This document shows positions 27,101 through 36,366 of a stretch of 64,000 nt of DNA, one piece after another. Positions within the stretch are counted from its first letter, which is position 1; each line of letters opens with the position of its first letter. A program made the translations under genes and the position numbers. This stretch comes from Mycoplasma sp. CAG:877 (lineage in GTDB: Bacteria; Bacillota_I; Bacilli_A; RF39; UBA660), in assembly GCA_000433455.1 (NCBI GenBank), contig HF992499.1, positions 72,475 to 136,474 of the forward strand, written 5' to 3'. The notes beneath the pieces were generated by a model, which was not told the origin of the DNA, did not search any database, and worked only from the letters and a program-made list of their open reading frames with translations.

Positions 27101-29001
27101 ATGATCAAAGAGGCTACAAAAAGGTTTACGAACTACTAACTGGGATACCATCAAGTATTTCCAAAGAGCACGGTTATGTAGTTGAAAAAATAGATTATCG
27201 TATAAAAAAATATCAAGATATCTTAATAGATAAACTAAAATCAAATAATCAAGACCCTAGTCAATTACCAAAAGAAGAATTTTATCAAAAACTAATTTCT
27301 GAAATTAAATCTGATAACTGTCAATATACAACTAGTATATTTGATAATCAAACTCTACTAAGACTTATAAGTTGTCTAGAAAGAGAAAATGTTGCACTAG
27401 ATTTTTCGAAAGATATAATTAATCAAATATATCATAAAAATCAAGATGAATCATACTCACTAATAATCAATCCTCAAAATTATCCTAAAACAACTGAAGT
27501 AATTAGAGAAATACTAGAAAACTTTGGAGAGTTACCAATATTAACGCCTCACAAAGCTCATCGATTATTTGGTGGTTTCGAATTAAAATATGATCGTGAC
27601 TTTAGAGAATTCTTTCTTGAAAATATGACTGAAATTATGGAAAATCCTGATTATGCCACACTTCTTAGTGGTATTCAAAAACAATTTTCTGATATCAAAA
27701 GAATAAACTCTAATAGACACTTAACATTACCATTAGCTGTTGGCTACATTCAAACTAATCAGTATTCATCAGTTTTACCGGGAAACGAAAAATTAGCTGA
27801 GATATCATCTATTGCCGGATACTCTCAAGGTGACTTTGAAATTCTTCAACAAATATATAACTATGGTAGACAAAGAACTTTTAGTAGTATTCCTCGTATA
27901 GAAAATACAACTGCCAAATATAGCTATGAAATGTTAAGACTAGATGATCCTCTTGCTCTAGCAATCGGAACTCTAACTGATTGTTGTCAAGAATTAAGAA
28001 ATGCAGCTGAAACCTGCATGGAACATAGTATGGTTGATAAAAATGGTCGTGTCTTTGTAGTTAGAAATGAAGAAGGGGAAATAGTCGCTCAAAGTTGGGT
28101 TTGGCGAAATAATAACGTTCTTTGTTTTGACAATATAGAAATACCTGAAAAAGCCCTAGAAAAGTCAAGAAAAGAAAGCCGAAAAAGAGAATTTACTGAT
28201 GAGATATATGAAGTTTATAAACAAGCTGCTCGTGAATTAATTGAAAAAGATCAAGAAGTTTATAAAAATCTTCTAGAAACAGGAAAAATAACTTTAGAAG
28301 AATATGAGTCCTTAAGACTGGGAAAAGTAACTGTAGGTTTAGGCTATAACGATATTGCTGAATCTATAAAAAGAAATTCAGAATTTGATAGTAGTCTACT
28401 TACTAGACCATTACCATTTCAAGCTCCTGTAAAGTTACGAAGTGGCTTATATACAAGTGATTCTAATACTCAATACATTTTAGAAGAAACTGAAGGAAGA
28501 AATGAAGAAGAAAAAGAAACTTTACCAGTACATAATGATTTATACACATTATATGATGATTCTAACTTTACAGAAAAGTCCTTAATAACTCTAGAAAAAC
28601 TAGAAATGATTACTAAAGATGATCCTCTATATTTAGATACTGCTATGTCAAGTGAGATAGACTCTAACCATCTAGTAACTGGCTTAGCTAGAAACTACAA
28701 TTTAAATCCCGAAACAACAAAAGTAGTAATGAATCCAAACTTTGCCATTATATATGACACAACATCATCACAAGTTAGAATAGGGGATTTACTATTTAAT
28801 ACCAAAATAAAAACTCCTGATAAAGAAATAGATATTTCTGACATAGTAAAAATTCAAATAAGATTAGCTCTCGATCAAATTTCTTATGACAAGGAAATAG
28901 TTCTTTCTAACCTAAATCAAAACCAACAACAAATGCTAGAAAAAGCTAAATCCTTAACAGACGAAATAGACAAAGAAAGAGGTGTATCTCATGCAAGATA
29001 A
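24154..29001 (+). CDS. very large (about 1615 aa) hypothetical cytoplasmic protein with a 5x repeated motif and a Cys/His-containing C-terminal block
   Basis: Uninterrupted 4.85-kb ORF with no signal peptide or TM segment. The repeated motif (E/D)(I/L)F(L/M)D..aP..LK..(F/Y)Y....LT..D(L/I) occurs near 24532, 24961, 25681, 26116 and 26611. Block LTDCCQELRNAAETCMEHSMVDKNGRVFVV...AQSWVWRN..LCFDNIE lies at ~27925-28140. Confidence 0.8.
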   Translation: MAEIMTIEEFRELKRNQQEIIEKLDSNENKTEDDEDELLTTYLANQDYLISHDLSLIPKGEWKGFSFASSKYHRVDLSKTRANIDFSILDYREYINYKSCTISNLDQINRIIDSNNFDREVISQYKEFFLSDNFDENTKQKIYERSLTIEDLFSFSEEQINEIGDKKVLNCFNTKTRYMIRELGLEKTLQLYYVSKEDYQEVYDIINGYYYAYKPYYEENSHLTEELKNTPVQGIKTKIYSIIRELIIEMPQIKIELSKLTPGFIESNKDILLLDTEVPTELREKYYAKSLTLDDLLNSLNLFKNVPIASFIDTQEEDNNALKNIVQILGPGVFKILVESYPKQLNYIIKGKLGNSFYTLIKETMFSVINKTTDTNEGLKEYLTTFFRIHNTIRNKEQLLLYEPGLFELDSSQKTVIKQLSLKNMQRFERETGFFSHYTSGVTNALPMLHTFSIYLPNRDYMNFSDKEKKELTYEEFQDKLAELIGHIIRTRPYGIKVDFDWMEGEFREKHPEIFMDKNAPDQLKKAFYEYKITPQLIKDNPDYIPYLLDKNLANTINTVISLETTKDQEETYFNRYDLLNFIEEYSKRYGNEKTLHLIEKYGDLIANTKLTCSNKDLSDEKALEKVVRAGIYEKISHKSVNYISLLKDKDFVLEYPEIFIDFTTLDGISTAEKERLEKAFYKKELTYEDIKKHPSLKDALKNKDLHFIFSSYSPSNFSYYSSNYSDGDLELLNVFGPDKFLELCSRYGRYMNNISKELHKQITVINGKYMKFSAREEGTDGTLDFEDIARRIEEIIARECKNGNILYSPEDAPTFLKEKYSELFLNDDAPETLKSYFYASKGSSGLTFNVLSQHKEWIPYLKDKSLLTPFLRATNYKNEMTEYFNLFGNELAIKFGTTKSETVEEMIKSGQVIMMKAWYENTGCKFIPSFVVMQNFPIEEADKFLTSASNWSNLMRIKRYAKTPEASAAMLKLAYSFGSFDHDQRGYKKVYELLTGIPSSISKEHGYVVEKIDYRIKKYQDILIDKLKSNNQDPSQLPKEEFYQKLISEIKSDNCQYTTSIFDNQTLLRLISCLERENVALDFSKDIINQIYHKNQDESYSLIINPQNYPKTTEVIREILENFGELPILTPHKAHRLFGGFELKYDRDFREFFLENMTEIMENPDYATLLSGIQKQFSDIKRINSNRHLTLPLAVGYIQTNQYSSVLPGNEKLAEISSIAGYSQGDFEILQQIYNYGRQRTFSSIPRIENTTAKYSYEMLRLDDPLALAIGTLTDCCQELRNAAETCMEHSMVDKNGRVFVVRNEEGEIVAQSWVWRNNNVLCFDNIEIPEKALEKSRKESRKREFTDEIYEVYKQAARELIEKDQEVYKNLLETGKITLEEYESLRLGKVTVGLGYNDIAESIKRNSEFDSSLLTRPLPFQAPVKLRSGLYTSDSNTQYILEETEGRNEEEKETLPVHNDLYTLYDDSNFTEKSLITLEKLEMITKDDPLYLDTAMSSEIDSNHLVTGLARNYNLNPETTKVVMNPNFAIIYDTTSSQVRIGDLLFNTKIKTPDKEIDISDIVKIQIRLALDQISYDKEIVLSNLNQNQQQMLEKAKSLTDEIDKERGVSHAR

Positions 29002-30010
29002 TATTAATACCATTCTAAATAATGCATTAGTAGTAACAAATGATAATCTAGTTCAAAATATAGATTTAATAATTAAAAAGATTAAAGAGTCCCTAAAAGT
29101 AAATGAAGATTTACTAATATCAGCTAATAAAATAGATCAAAAAAATAATAATGGATTTATAATGGACACTAAAGTTATTGATAATATCTTTTCAAATATC
29201 GAAAAAGAAACATCTAAATATGGTACTGTTACTATTTCAAGAAAAGATACTGAAAAAGGTATAATCTATGGTAAAGAACTATTAGATATTGGAAATGTAA
29301 TTGTTATAAATGATGGTAACCCATACGTTATTATTGAAATGTCCTTAAGAAATATCCTAGCCAGTAATAAAACTATCTTTGTAAACTCTGGCTACATGTA
29401 TGGAACTAATCAATTAATAATAAAACTAATGCAAGCAGTCTTAGAACAATTTAATATTTCTAAATACATGCTAAGTTTATTTATAACCGAAAATTATGAA
29501 GAGGTTTTATCTCACTATGCTAACATAGACTTAGTAGTCTGCATTGGTAACAATCATCTTCAAAGACTAATATTGGAAAAAAGTAAAAGTAAAACTATAA
29601 CATCTGGCTATGAAAACTTTGATTTATATATAGAAGATACTAATAATCTAGATTTTCTAAACACAATTATAAATACCGGTGTAAATATTAATTTATATAT
29701 AAATAAAATTACTAATCTAGATTATCAAGATGCTATCCTAGTAGATGATCTTGATGAAGCTATAGCTCAAATAAATTACAATGGTAATACTTATAGTACT
29801 TCTATTTTTACATCGTCATCTACTAACGCTTCTAGATTTATAAAAGAAATAAAATCTAGTATTGTTACAGTAAATACTTCTCCAACTATTGAAAGAATAA
29901 TCGATATAAAACAAAGTGACTTATTTATTGAAAAAACAATTATTTATCCCTTGAATTTTACTTTAACTAATACAAGTGAAAAAGTAAATATACCAGATGA
30001 AAACATATAA
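28991..30010 (+). CDS. gamma-glutamyl-phosphate reductase (ProA)/ALDH-like protein, apparently lacking the catalytic Cys segment
   Basis: Collinear with ProA blocks: GNVIVINDGNPYVIIEMSLRNILASNKTIFVNSG (cf. GVIGIIYESRPNVT..LCLKSGNAVILRGG), IDLVVCIGNNHL (cf. IDLIIPRGG..L), and VDDLDEAIAQINYNGNTYSTSIFTSSSTNASRF...VTVNTSP (cf. V.SLDEAI.HIN.YGS.HTDAI.T......F...VDSA.V..NAST). The NAK...C-N-A-x-E-T-L region is missing. The start overlaps the giant ORF stop by 11 nt. Confidence 0.6.
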   Translation: MQDNINTILNNALVVTNDNLVQNIDLIIKKIKESLKVNEDLLISANKIDQKNNNGFIMDTKVIDNIFSNIEKETSKYGTVTISRKDTEKGIIYGKELLDIGNVIVINDGNPYVIIEMSLRNILASNKTIFVNSGYMYGTNQLIIKLMQAVLEQFNISKYMLSLFITENYEEVLSHYANIDLVVCIGNNHLQRLILEKSKSKTITSGYENFDLYIEDTNNLDFLNTIINTGVNINLYINKITNLDYQDAILVDDLDEAIAQINYNGNTYSTSIFTSSSTNASRFIKEIKSSIVTVNTSPTIERIIDIKQSDLFIEKTIIYPLNFTLTNTSEKVNIPDENI

Positions 30011-30038
30011 AAAAGACTTAAATCCAAGTCTTTTTTTT
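30011..30038. terminator. bidirectional rho-independent terminator
   Basis: aaaagactt-aaatcc-aagtctttt flanked by A-run and T-run, between convergent genes. Confidence 0.75.
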
Positions 30039-30896
30039 CTACATCTTTATAAGTATAACACCAATTAATATTATAATAGCAGCCACAATCTTTTGTATAA
30101 ACTTACTTTTATCATGATTAAATACAAACTCTACTAAAGCATTAAGTATTGCTGTAAGAGCAAATAAAGGAGCAACTATTGTAACACTACCTAATTGATA
30201 AGCTCTAATCGAAGCATTTAACATTAATGCCCAACAAAAAGCTGCTAAAATAAATTTTTTCTTATTATATAAATTAAATTCTTCCTTAACTTCTCTAATC
30301 GAATGTTTTCCAAAAATAAATATCAAAATAGCAGGAATAGTAACAGTTATATATGTATAAAAAGCTAAGTTAAAGTGATCAGACAAATCAACATTAATGA
30401 GCATTGCAACAGCAAACAAAAAGTTTGCAAAAAACGTCATTACAAAATATTTATTAATAACAAACTTTCCTTTATTATAAGTAAGTATTAAATTCGCAAC
30501 AATTATTAAGATAGTGCCAACTATTTTATTTATAATTAATTCTTCTTTTAAAAAAACAAAGCCAAAAATAATCATAAATACTGTTGATAACTGTTTCATC
30601 ATACTAAAAGTAGAAGGATCAAGACCATATCTTGCCTCAATATTAAGTCTATCTGTAACAGCATAAATTAATACAACGACCAGTAACGTAAGAATAATAC
30701 TACTATTAATTTGAAACTTCATCTCAAAAAAAGGTATCATTAATAATGAAAAAAAACCTGTAAAAATCTCTAATAGTATTGTTAAAGATCCTGCATTTTT
30801 CATATTTCTATTTGCTAATTTAAACTCTTGAGAAAATAAAACACTAGCTATCAAATACAAGACAACATAAAACTCCCAACTCGTAAATATTTCCAT
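30039..30896 (-). CDS. EamA/DMT-family transporter (10 TM)
   Basis: Ten hydrophobic helices in two 5-TM halves. A GGTGA RBS favours the internal Met (MEIFTSWEF..., 30896) over the tracked 30962. Confidence 0.65.
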   Translation of the reverse strand: MEIFTSWEFYVVLYLIASVLFSQEFKLANRNMKNAGSLTILLEIFTGFFSLLMIPFFEMKFQINSSIILTLLVVVLIYAVTDRLNIEARYGLDPSTFSMMKQLSTVFMIIFGFVFLKEELIINKIVGTILIIVANLILTYNKGKFVINKYFVMTFFANFLFAVAMLINVDLSDHFNLAFYTYITVTIPAILIFIFGKHSIREVKEEFNLYNKKKFILAAFCWALMLNASIRAYQLGSVTIVAPLFALTAILNALVEFVFNHDKSKFIQKIVAAIIILIGVILIKM

Positions 30897-31050
30897 ATAA
30901 TCACCATAAAAATTATAACTTAATACTATAAAATAATCTATATAAAACATCATCCTATACATAATTTGTCAAAAAAGTATGAATTTAAACCACTAATTTA
31001 TATTTTGTTATATAGAAAAATTTATGTATAATAAAAAACAAGGTGGTATT

Positions 31051-31429
31051 ATGTCAAAATACTTAGATTTAAAAGTTTCATATCGAAAAGAACAACTTCT
31101 AGAAGCAGCAAACTACATAAAAGAAGGTAAACTTGTCTTATTTCCAACAGAAACAGTATATGGAATAGGTGCTAATGGTCTAGATGAAAAAGCTGTTAAA
31201 AGTATCTTTACTGCTAAAGGTAGAAAACAAGATAATCCCTTAATATTACATGTATCTAGTATCACTATGGTAGAAGAAATTTCTAAAAATATCTTTACCC
31301 TTTTACGAAAAAGTAGACGCCTATAACGTTAACTTAGTAATTATTGAAGGTGTAGAACCTACTGGTCTAGGTCTAGCTATCATGAATAGATTAATAAGAT
31401 CTTGTTCTCATAATTATCAAGAATTATAA
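31051..31429 (+). pseudogene. Sua5/YrdC/TsaC (threonylcarbamoyl-AMP synthase) gene remnants with an internal deletion
   Basis: 31051-31326 encodes the YrdC-domain N-terminus (EGKLVLFPTETVYGIGANGLDEKAVKSIFTAKGRKQDNPLILHV) and then stops. 31331-31429, in another frame, encodes a Sua5 C-terminal tail (NLVIIEGVEPTGLGLAIMNRLIRSCSHNYQEL*). About 200 codons of a normal ~340-aa gene are absent. Confidence 0.7.
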
Positions 31430-31498
31430 AATTAATAGTCTTTTTCTAAATAAAATGTTACAATCTAAATGAGAATAAAATCTACAAAGGAGATAAAT

Positions 31499-32251
31499 AT
31501 GTTAGAAGTAAAAAATGTTACTAAAAAATTTACAAAGAAAAATAAAAACAACCAAGTAGAAGAATTTAAAGCAGATGATAATATATCATTTACTGCTAAA
31601 GAAGGGGAAGTGGTAGGTATAATTGGTCCTAATGGTGCTGGTAAAACTACACTTCTTAGAATGATTGCTGGTATTATGGAACCAACATCTGGTGAAGTTT
31701 TAATTGATAATAAAACTCATCAAGAAAATATGATTGGTATTAAGAAAAAAATAGCTTTTTTATCCGGAAATACAAAACTATATAAAGATATTTCTCCCTA
31801 TGAACTTCTAGAAATGGCTGGAAACTACTATGAAGTAGATGAAAAAACTTTAGAAAAAAGAATCAAAGACATCGTAAAAAAGTTTAATATGTCTTCCTTT
31901 CTTAATCAAAAAATCTCAACTCTTTCAACAGGACAATATCAAAGAACAAGTATTGCTAGATGTCTAGTTCACAATCCAGACTATTACATCTTAGATGAAG
32001 CAACTTCTGGTCTAGACGTCATTTCTTCAAAATCAATTCTAGACTTCATAAAAGAAGTAAAAAAAGAAAATAAATGTATAATATATTCAACTCATTATAT
32101 GGAAGAAGCTGAAAATATTTGTGATAAAATAGTAATGATAAATAAAGGTAAAGTAATAGCTCAAGGTACACCAACTGAAATTTGTAAAAACACTAAAACA
32201 ACTAATTTAAGAGATAGTTTCTTTGCTTTGATAGGAGATAATTATGAATAA
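31499..32251 (+). CDS. ABC transporter ATP-binding protein (NatA-like, ABC-2 type)
   Basis: Walker A GPNGAGKTT, signature LSTGQ, Walker B ILDEATSGLD. AGGAG RBS before the ATG at 31499. Confidence 0.9.
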   Translation: MLEVKNVTKKFTKKNKNNQVEEFKADDNISFTAKEGEVVGIIGPNGAGKTTLLRMIAGIMEPTSGEVLIDNKTHQENMIGIKKKIAFLSGNTKLYKDISPYELLEMAGNYYEVDEKTLEKRIKDIVKKFNMSSFLNQKISTLSTGQYQRTSIARCLVHNPDYYILDEATSGLDVISSKSILDFIKEVKKENKCIIYSTHYMEEAENICDKIVMINKGKVIAQGTPTEICKNTKTTNLRDSFFALIGDNYE

Positions 32252-33395
32252 GAAAATGGTAAAAATAACAATAAAAAAAGAATTAAGATCAATCTTTCGA
32301 GATAAAAAAACAATAGCTTTAATATTTGTTTTTCCCTTACTAATAGCATTCTTTATTTTCTTATTATCATCAACTTATGAAACTAGTATTAATGACAAAG
32401 AAATCTATGATATTGCTATTAACTATGAATTAACTGATATTGAAAAGAAAATTATAAAAGAAAACCAACTAAAAACAAAGTATTATGATTCACTAGATAA
32501 GATGGAAAAAGACTTTAAAAATTCTAAAGTATCAGCTTATGTTTATTATGACAAAGAAAAAAATACTTATACAATTTATTCAGACGAAGGAATGAAGGGT
32601 ATGTCTGCCTCATCATTTATAACATCTTATCTTGATACTTATAATACTTATTTAGGAAATAAGTACCTTCTTGAAAATAATATTAATCCTGAAGATGTAT
32701 ATAATAATTTCACTATAAAAACAGAATTAGTTGAAGGAGAAAATTACATCTTACAAACTGTTTTATCTCTAGCTTTTACTTATGTAATTATCGCAATTGC
32801 TATGGCCTCATCTTCACTAGCAACCTCTGCAACAGCAGTAGAAAAAGAACAAGGTACTCTAGAAACACTTCTAACATTCCCAGTAACTAGTAAAGAACTA
32901 ATAACAGGTAAGTATCTAGCAACAGTAATTATGAGTTTATTTGCATCCCTTTTTGGTTACTTAATAACTCTAATTAGCTTAGTAATTGCTAAAGGAAAAT
33001 ATAAAGTTTATGAAGATATAAATCTCTTTATAAATCCAGAAAACATTATAATAGGTATTTTAATCTGTCTAGCAGCTTCTCTTTTAATATCAGGATTAGC
33101 AATACTCCTAACTGCTAATTCAAAAAGTTATAAAGAAGCTCAAATGGCTAGTCAAGTATTAACTATGATTACCATTGTTCCAATGTTTATTTCTATGTTA
33201 AATATTTCAATAATATCTAAATTGTATTATGTAATTCCAATACTTTCTCATGTTCAAATATTAATGGATATTTTTACAACTAAAATTAATTATAGTAATA
33301 TCTTCTTATGTTTATTATCATCAATAATAATTTCTATCATAATCATAGACATAATAATTAAAAAGTTCAAATCAGAAAAAGTTTTATTTGGTTAA
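32244..33395 (+). CDS. ABC-2 family permease (NatB-like)
   Basis: Overlaps the ATPase gene by 8 nt. N-terminal TM, a large extracytoplasmic loop and 5 C-terminal TM helices. Confidence 0.8.
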   Translation: MNKKMVKITIKKELRSIFRDKKTIALIFVFPLLIAFFIFLLSSTYETSINDKEIYDIAINYELTDIEKKIIKENQLKTKYYDSLDKMEKDFKNSKVSAYVYYDKEKNTYTIYSDEGMKGMSASSFITSYLDTYNTYLGNKYLLENNINPEDVYNNFTIKTELVEGENYILQTVLSLAFTYVIIAIAMASSSLATSATAVEKEQGTLETLLTFPVTSKELITGKYLATVIMSLFASLFGYLITLISLVIAKGKYKVYEDINLFINPENIIIGILICLAASLLISGLAILLTANSKSYKEAQMASQVLTMITIVPMFISMLNISIISKLYYVIPILSHVQILMDIFTTKINYSNIFLCLLSSIIISIIIIDIIIKKFKSEKVLFG

Positions 33396-33490
33396 AATAA
33401 AGAAAGGTTCACCTTTCTTTTAATATGTATTAATGCTATAATAAAGAAGAAAATTTCTAACTTAAAAAGCAAATAAAAAGGAGTGTTTTT

Positions 33491-34723
33491 ATGCAAAAAA
33501 TAGTAATAATCGGTGCTGGTGCCTCTGGTCTTATGACTGCTATTTGTTCTAAAACTAAATATAATGAAGTCCTTTTACTTGAACGTAATAGTGAAGTAGG
33601 TAAAAAGATTCTAGCAACTGGAAATGGTCGTTGTAATTATTGGAATGCTGATCAATCACTAACTAATTATCATAGTACAAATAAAGAACTACTTTCTAGA
33701 ATTATTACTGAAAGTAACTGTCAAGAAGTTCAAAATATTTTTACCAAGTTAGGTATCATTCCTAAAATAAAATCAGGATATTACTATCCATCTTCTAATC
33801 AAGCAACAAGTATTAGAAATGCTCTTTTAACTGAATGTCTAGAAAAAGGTGTAATTATAAAGACCAACTGTCACGTAACAAATGTAAAAAAAGAAAAAGA
33901 TGTGTTCTTAATTGATACAGAAACAGAAACTATTAAATCAGACGTCTTAGTTATCGCAACAGGTGCTAAAGCATCTCATAAAACAGGTAGTGATGGTAAT
34001 GGTTACTTACTTGCTAAAAAGTTTAATCATACTATAATTAATCCTCTACCTGCCTTAGTCCAATTAAAAACAACAGGAGACTTTTTAAAAAATTGGGCTG
34101 GAGTTAGAACTGATGTTAAAGTGTTTTCTAGAGAAGATAATAATATTATCGGAGTAGAAGAAGGAGAAATTCAATTAACTGACTACGGCGTATCAGGTAT
34201 TTGCATTTTTAACTTATCAAGTCATATTGCTAGAGGACTATCTCAAAATAAAAAAGAAGAACTAATAATTAACTTTCTTCCTTTCATTGAAGACTCTGCA
34301 AAAGAATGGCTAGAAGCAAGAGAAGCATACATTACTAAGACAACTATTTCCAAACAATTAGAAACAATACTAAACTATAAATTAGTTCAAGTAATTTTAA
34401 AACTAAGTAAAATTAATCCAAACACTTATTATGAAGATTTAACCTCTTTAGAAAAAACTACTCTTGTAAAAAATCTAACTAATTTTACCATTACAGTTAC
34501 TGGAACCAATTCTTTTGATAATGCTCAAGTAACATCCGGCGGTATTCCTCTAACCGAAGTAAATATAGAAACTATGGAGTCAAAACTAACTAAGAATTTG
34601 TATTTTTCTGGAGAAATACTAGATGTAGATGGTAAATGTGGTGGCTATAATCTTGGCTTTGCTTGGTTAACTGGACTAATTATTGGAAGAAGTATAGGTG
34701 ATAAAAATGTTAAGAATTCATAA
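33491..34723 (+). CDS. HI0933/BaiN-like NAD(P)/FAD-dependent flavoprotein
   Basis: IVIIGAGASGLM dinucleotide fold, TGNGRCN motif and C-terminal FSGEILDVDGKCGGYNL. Confidence 0.85.
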   Translation: MQKIVIIGAGASGLMTAICSKTKYNEVLLLERNSEVGKKILATGNGRCNYWNADQSLTNYHSTNKELLSRIITESNCQEVQNIFTKLGIIPKIKSGYYYPSSNQATSIRNALLTECLEKGVIIKTNCHVTNVKKEKDVFLIDTETETIKSDVLVIATGAKASHKTGSDGNGYLLAKKFNHTIINPLPALVQLKTTGDFLKNWAGVRTDVKVFSREDNNIIGVEEGEIQLTDYGVSGICIFNLSSHIARGLSQNKKEELIINFLPFIEDSAKEWLEAREAYITKTTISKQLETILNYKLVQVILKLSKINPNTYYEDLTSLEKTTLVKNLTNFTITVTGTNSFDNAQVTSGGIPLTEVNIETMESKLTKNLYFSGEILDVDGKCGGYNLGFAWLTGLIIGRSIGDKNVKNS

Positions 34724-36284
34724 TATTAAAATAAAAGTAGAAGAAGATTCAACTTCTAAATTATTAGAAAAGATCGCTAAAACTCTTAATCTATCAAAAG
34801 ACTCTATCGAAAAACTTACTATTCATAAAAAAAGTATTGATGCTAGAAATAAAAGTGAAATATTTTATATCTATGAAGTAGATATTAAAGTACAAAACGA
34901 AGAAAAACTTCTAAAAAAATATGCTTCTTCTAATATTTATAAAACTCCAGTAGAAGAGTATTCTTTTCCTAAAGAAAAAGCAAATATTGAAAGCCCTATA
35001 ATTGTAGGAAGTGGTCCAGCTGGTTTATTTGCTGCATACATTCTAGCAGAACATGGCTATAAACCAATTATAATTGAACAAGGTGAAAAAGCAGAAGACC
35101 GTCTTAAATCAATTGAACATTTCTTTGAAACGGGCAAACTAAATCCTAATTCAAATGTTCAGTTTGGAGAAGGTGGAGCTGGTACGTTTTCCGATGGTAA
35201 ACTAAATACTTTAGTAAAGGATAAAGAATTTAGAGGTAAAAAAGTCTTTGAAATATTTGTAGAAAATGGTGCCCCAACTGAAATAATGTATTTAAAAAAT
35301 CCTCATATTGGAACAGATCTTTTAAGAACAATAATTATTAACATGCGTAATAAAATGTTATCCTTAGGAGCAACAATCTACTATAATACTAAACTAACTA
35401 ATCTAATTATAAAAGATAATACTCTAGAAGGAATAGAGGTAAATAACTCTGAAATAATTCCTTGTAAAAATCTCCTTCTAGCAATCGGTCATAGTGCTAG
35501 AGATACTTTCCATATGTTAAATAAAAATAATGTTTCTATGACTTCTAAAGCCTTCGCAATAGGACTTAGAATAGAACATCCTCAAGACATGATTAATATT
35601 AGTCAGTATGGAGAAAAGTATGCCAAACTACTTCCTCCTGCCAGTTATAAACTAACTTATCAAACAAAAGACAATAGGGGAGTCTATTCATTCTGTATGT
35701 GTCCAGGAGGATACGTTGTAAATGCCTCTAGTGAAGAAGGACATCTTGCTATAAACGGTATGAGTAACCATGCCCGTGATAGTAAAAATGCTAATAGTGC
35801 CTTAGTTGTAACTATTACAAAAGATGATTTTGGAGATAATCCACTGTCCGGAATAGAGTTTCAAAGAGCGTTAGAAGAAAAAGCCTATAACCTAGAAAAT
35901 GGTAAAATACCAACTCAACTCTTAAAAGATTTCTATGCTAATAAAAAATCAACAACTCTAGAAGAAGTTGAAGTAATTACTAAAGGTTCATATGCTCTAA
36001 GTAATTTAAATGATATCTTACCACCATATGTATCTTCATCTATAAAAGAAGCTATTCCTAATTTTGCTACTAAAATAAAAGGCTATGATCGTGATGATGC
36101 AATTCTTTTAGGAATTGAAAGCAGAACCTCATCTCCAGTTCGTATCATAAGAGATGAGAATGGTATGAGTAACATAAAAGGTCTATATCCAGTAGGAGAA
36201 GGAGCCGGTTACGCTGGAGGTATTACAACAGCAGCCATGGATGGTTTAAAAATAGCCGAGCACTTAATTAACAATAATTACTAA
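34707..36284 (+). CDS. FAD-dependent oxidoreductase (COG2509-type)
   Basis: IVGSGPAGLFAAYILAEHGYKPIIIEQG, FGEGGAGTFSDGKL and GEGAGYAGGI motifs. AGGTGA RBS before the ATG at 34707; overlaps the upstream gene. Confidence 0.85.
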   Translation: MLRIHNIKIKVEEDSTSKLLEKIAKTLNLSKDSIEKLTIHKKSIDARNKSEIFYIYEVDIKVQNEEKLLKKYASSNIYKTPVEEYSFPKEKANIESPIIVGSGPAGLFAAYILAEHGYKPIIIEQGEKAEDRLKSIEHFFETGKLNPNSNVQFGEGGAGTFSDGKLNTLVKDKEFRGKKVFEIFVENGAPTEIMYLKNPHIGTDLLRTIIINMRNKMLSLGATIYYNTKLTNLIIKDNTLEGIEVNNSEIIPCKNLLLAIGHSARDTFHMLNKNNVSMTSKAFAIGLRIEHPQDMINISQYGEKYAKLLPPASYKLTYQTKDNRGVYSFCMCPGGYVVNASSEEGHLAINGMSNHARDSKNANSALVVTITKDDFGDNPLSGIEFQRALEEKAYNLENGKIPTQLLKDFYANKKSTTLEEVEVITKGSYALSNLNDILPPYVSSSIKEAIPNFATKIKGYDRDDAILLGIESRTSSPVRIIRDENGMSNIKGLYPVGEGAGYAGGITTAAMDGLKIAEHLINNNY

Positions 36285-36366
36285 TCTGTCCTTTAAAAAA
36301 TACTTAAAATATGTTATTATAATGTCAATTGATTAATGTAGCTAATCAATTAGAAAGAGAGATAAA

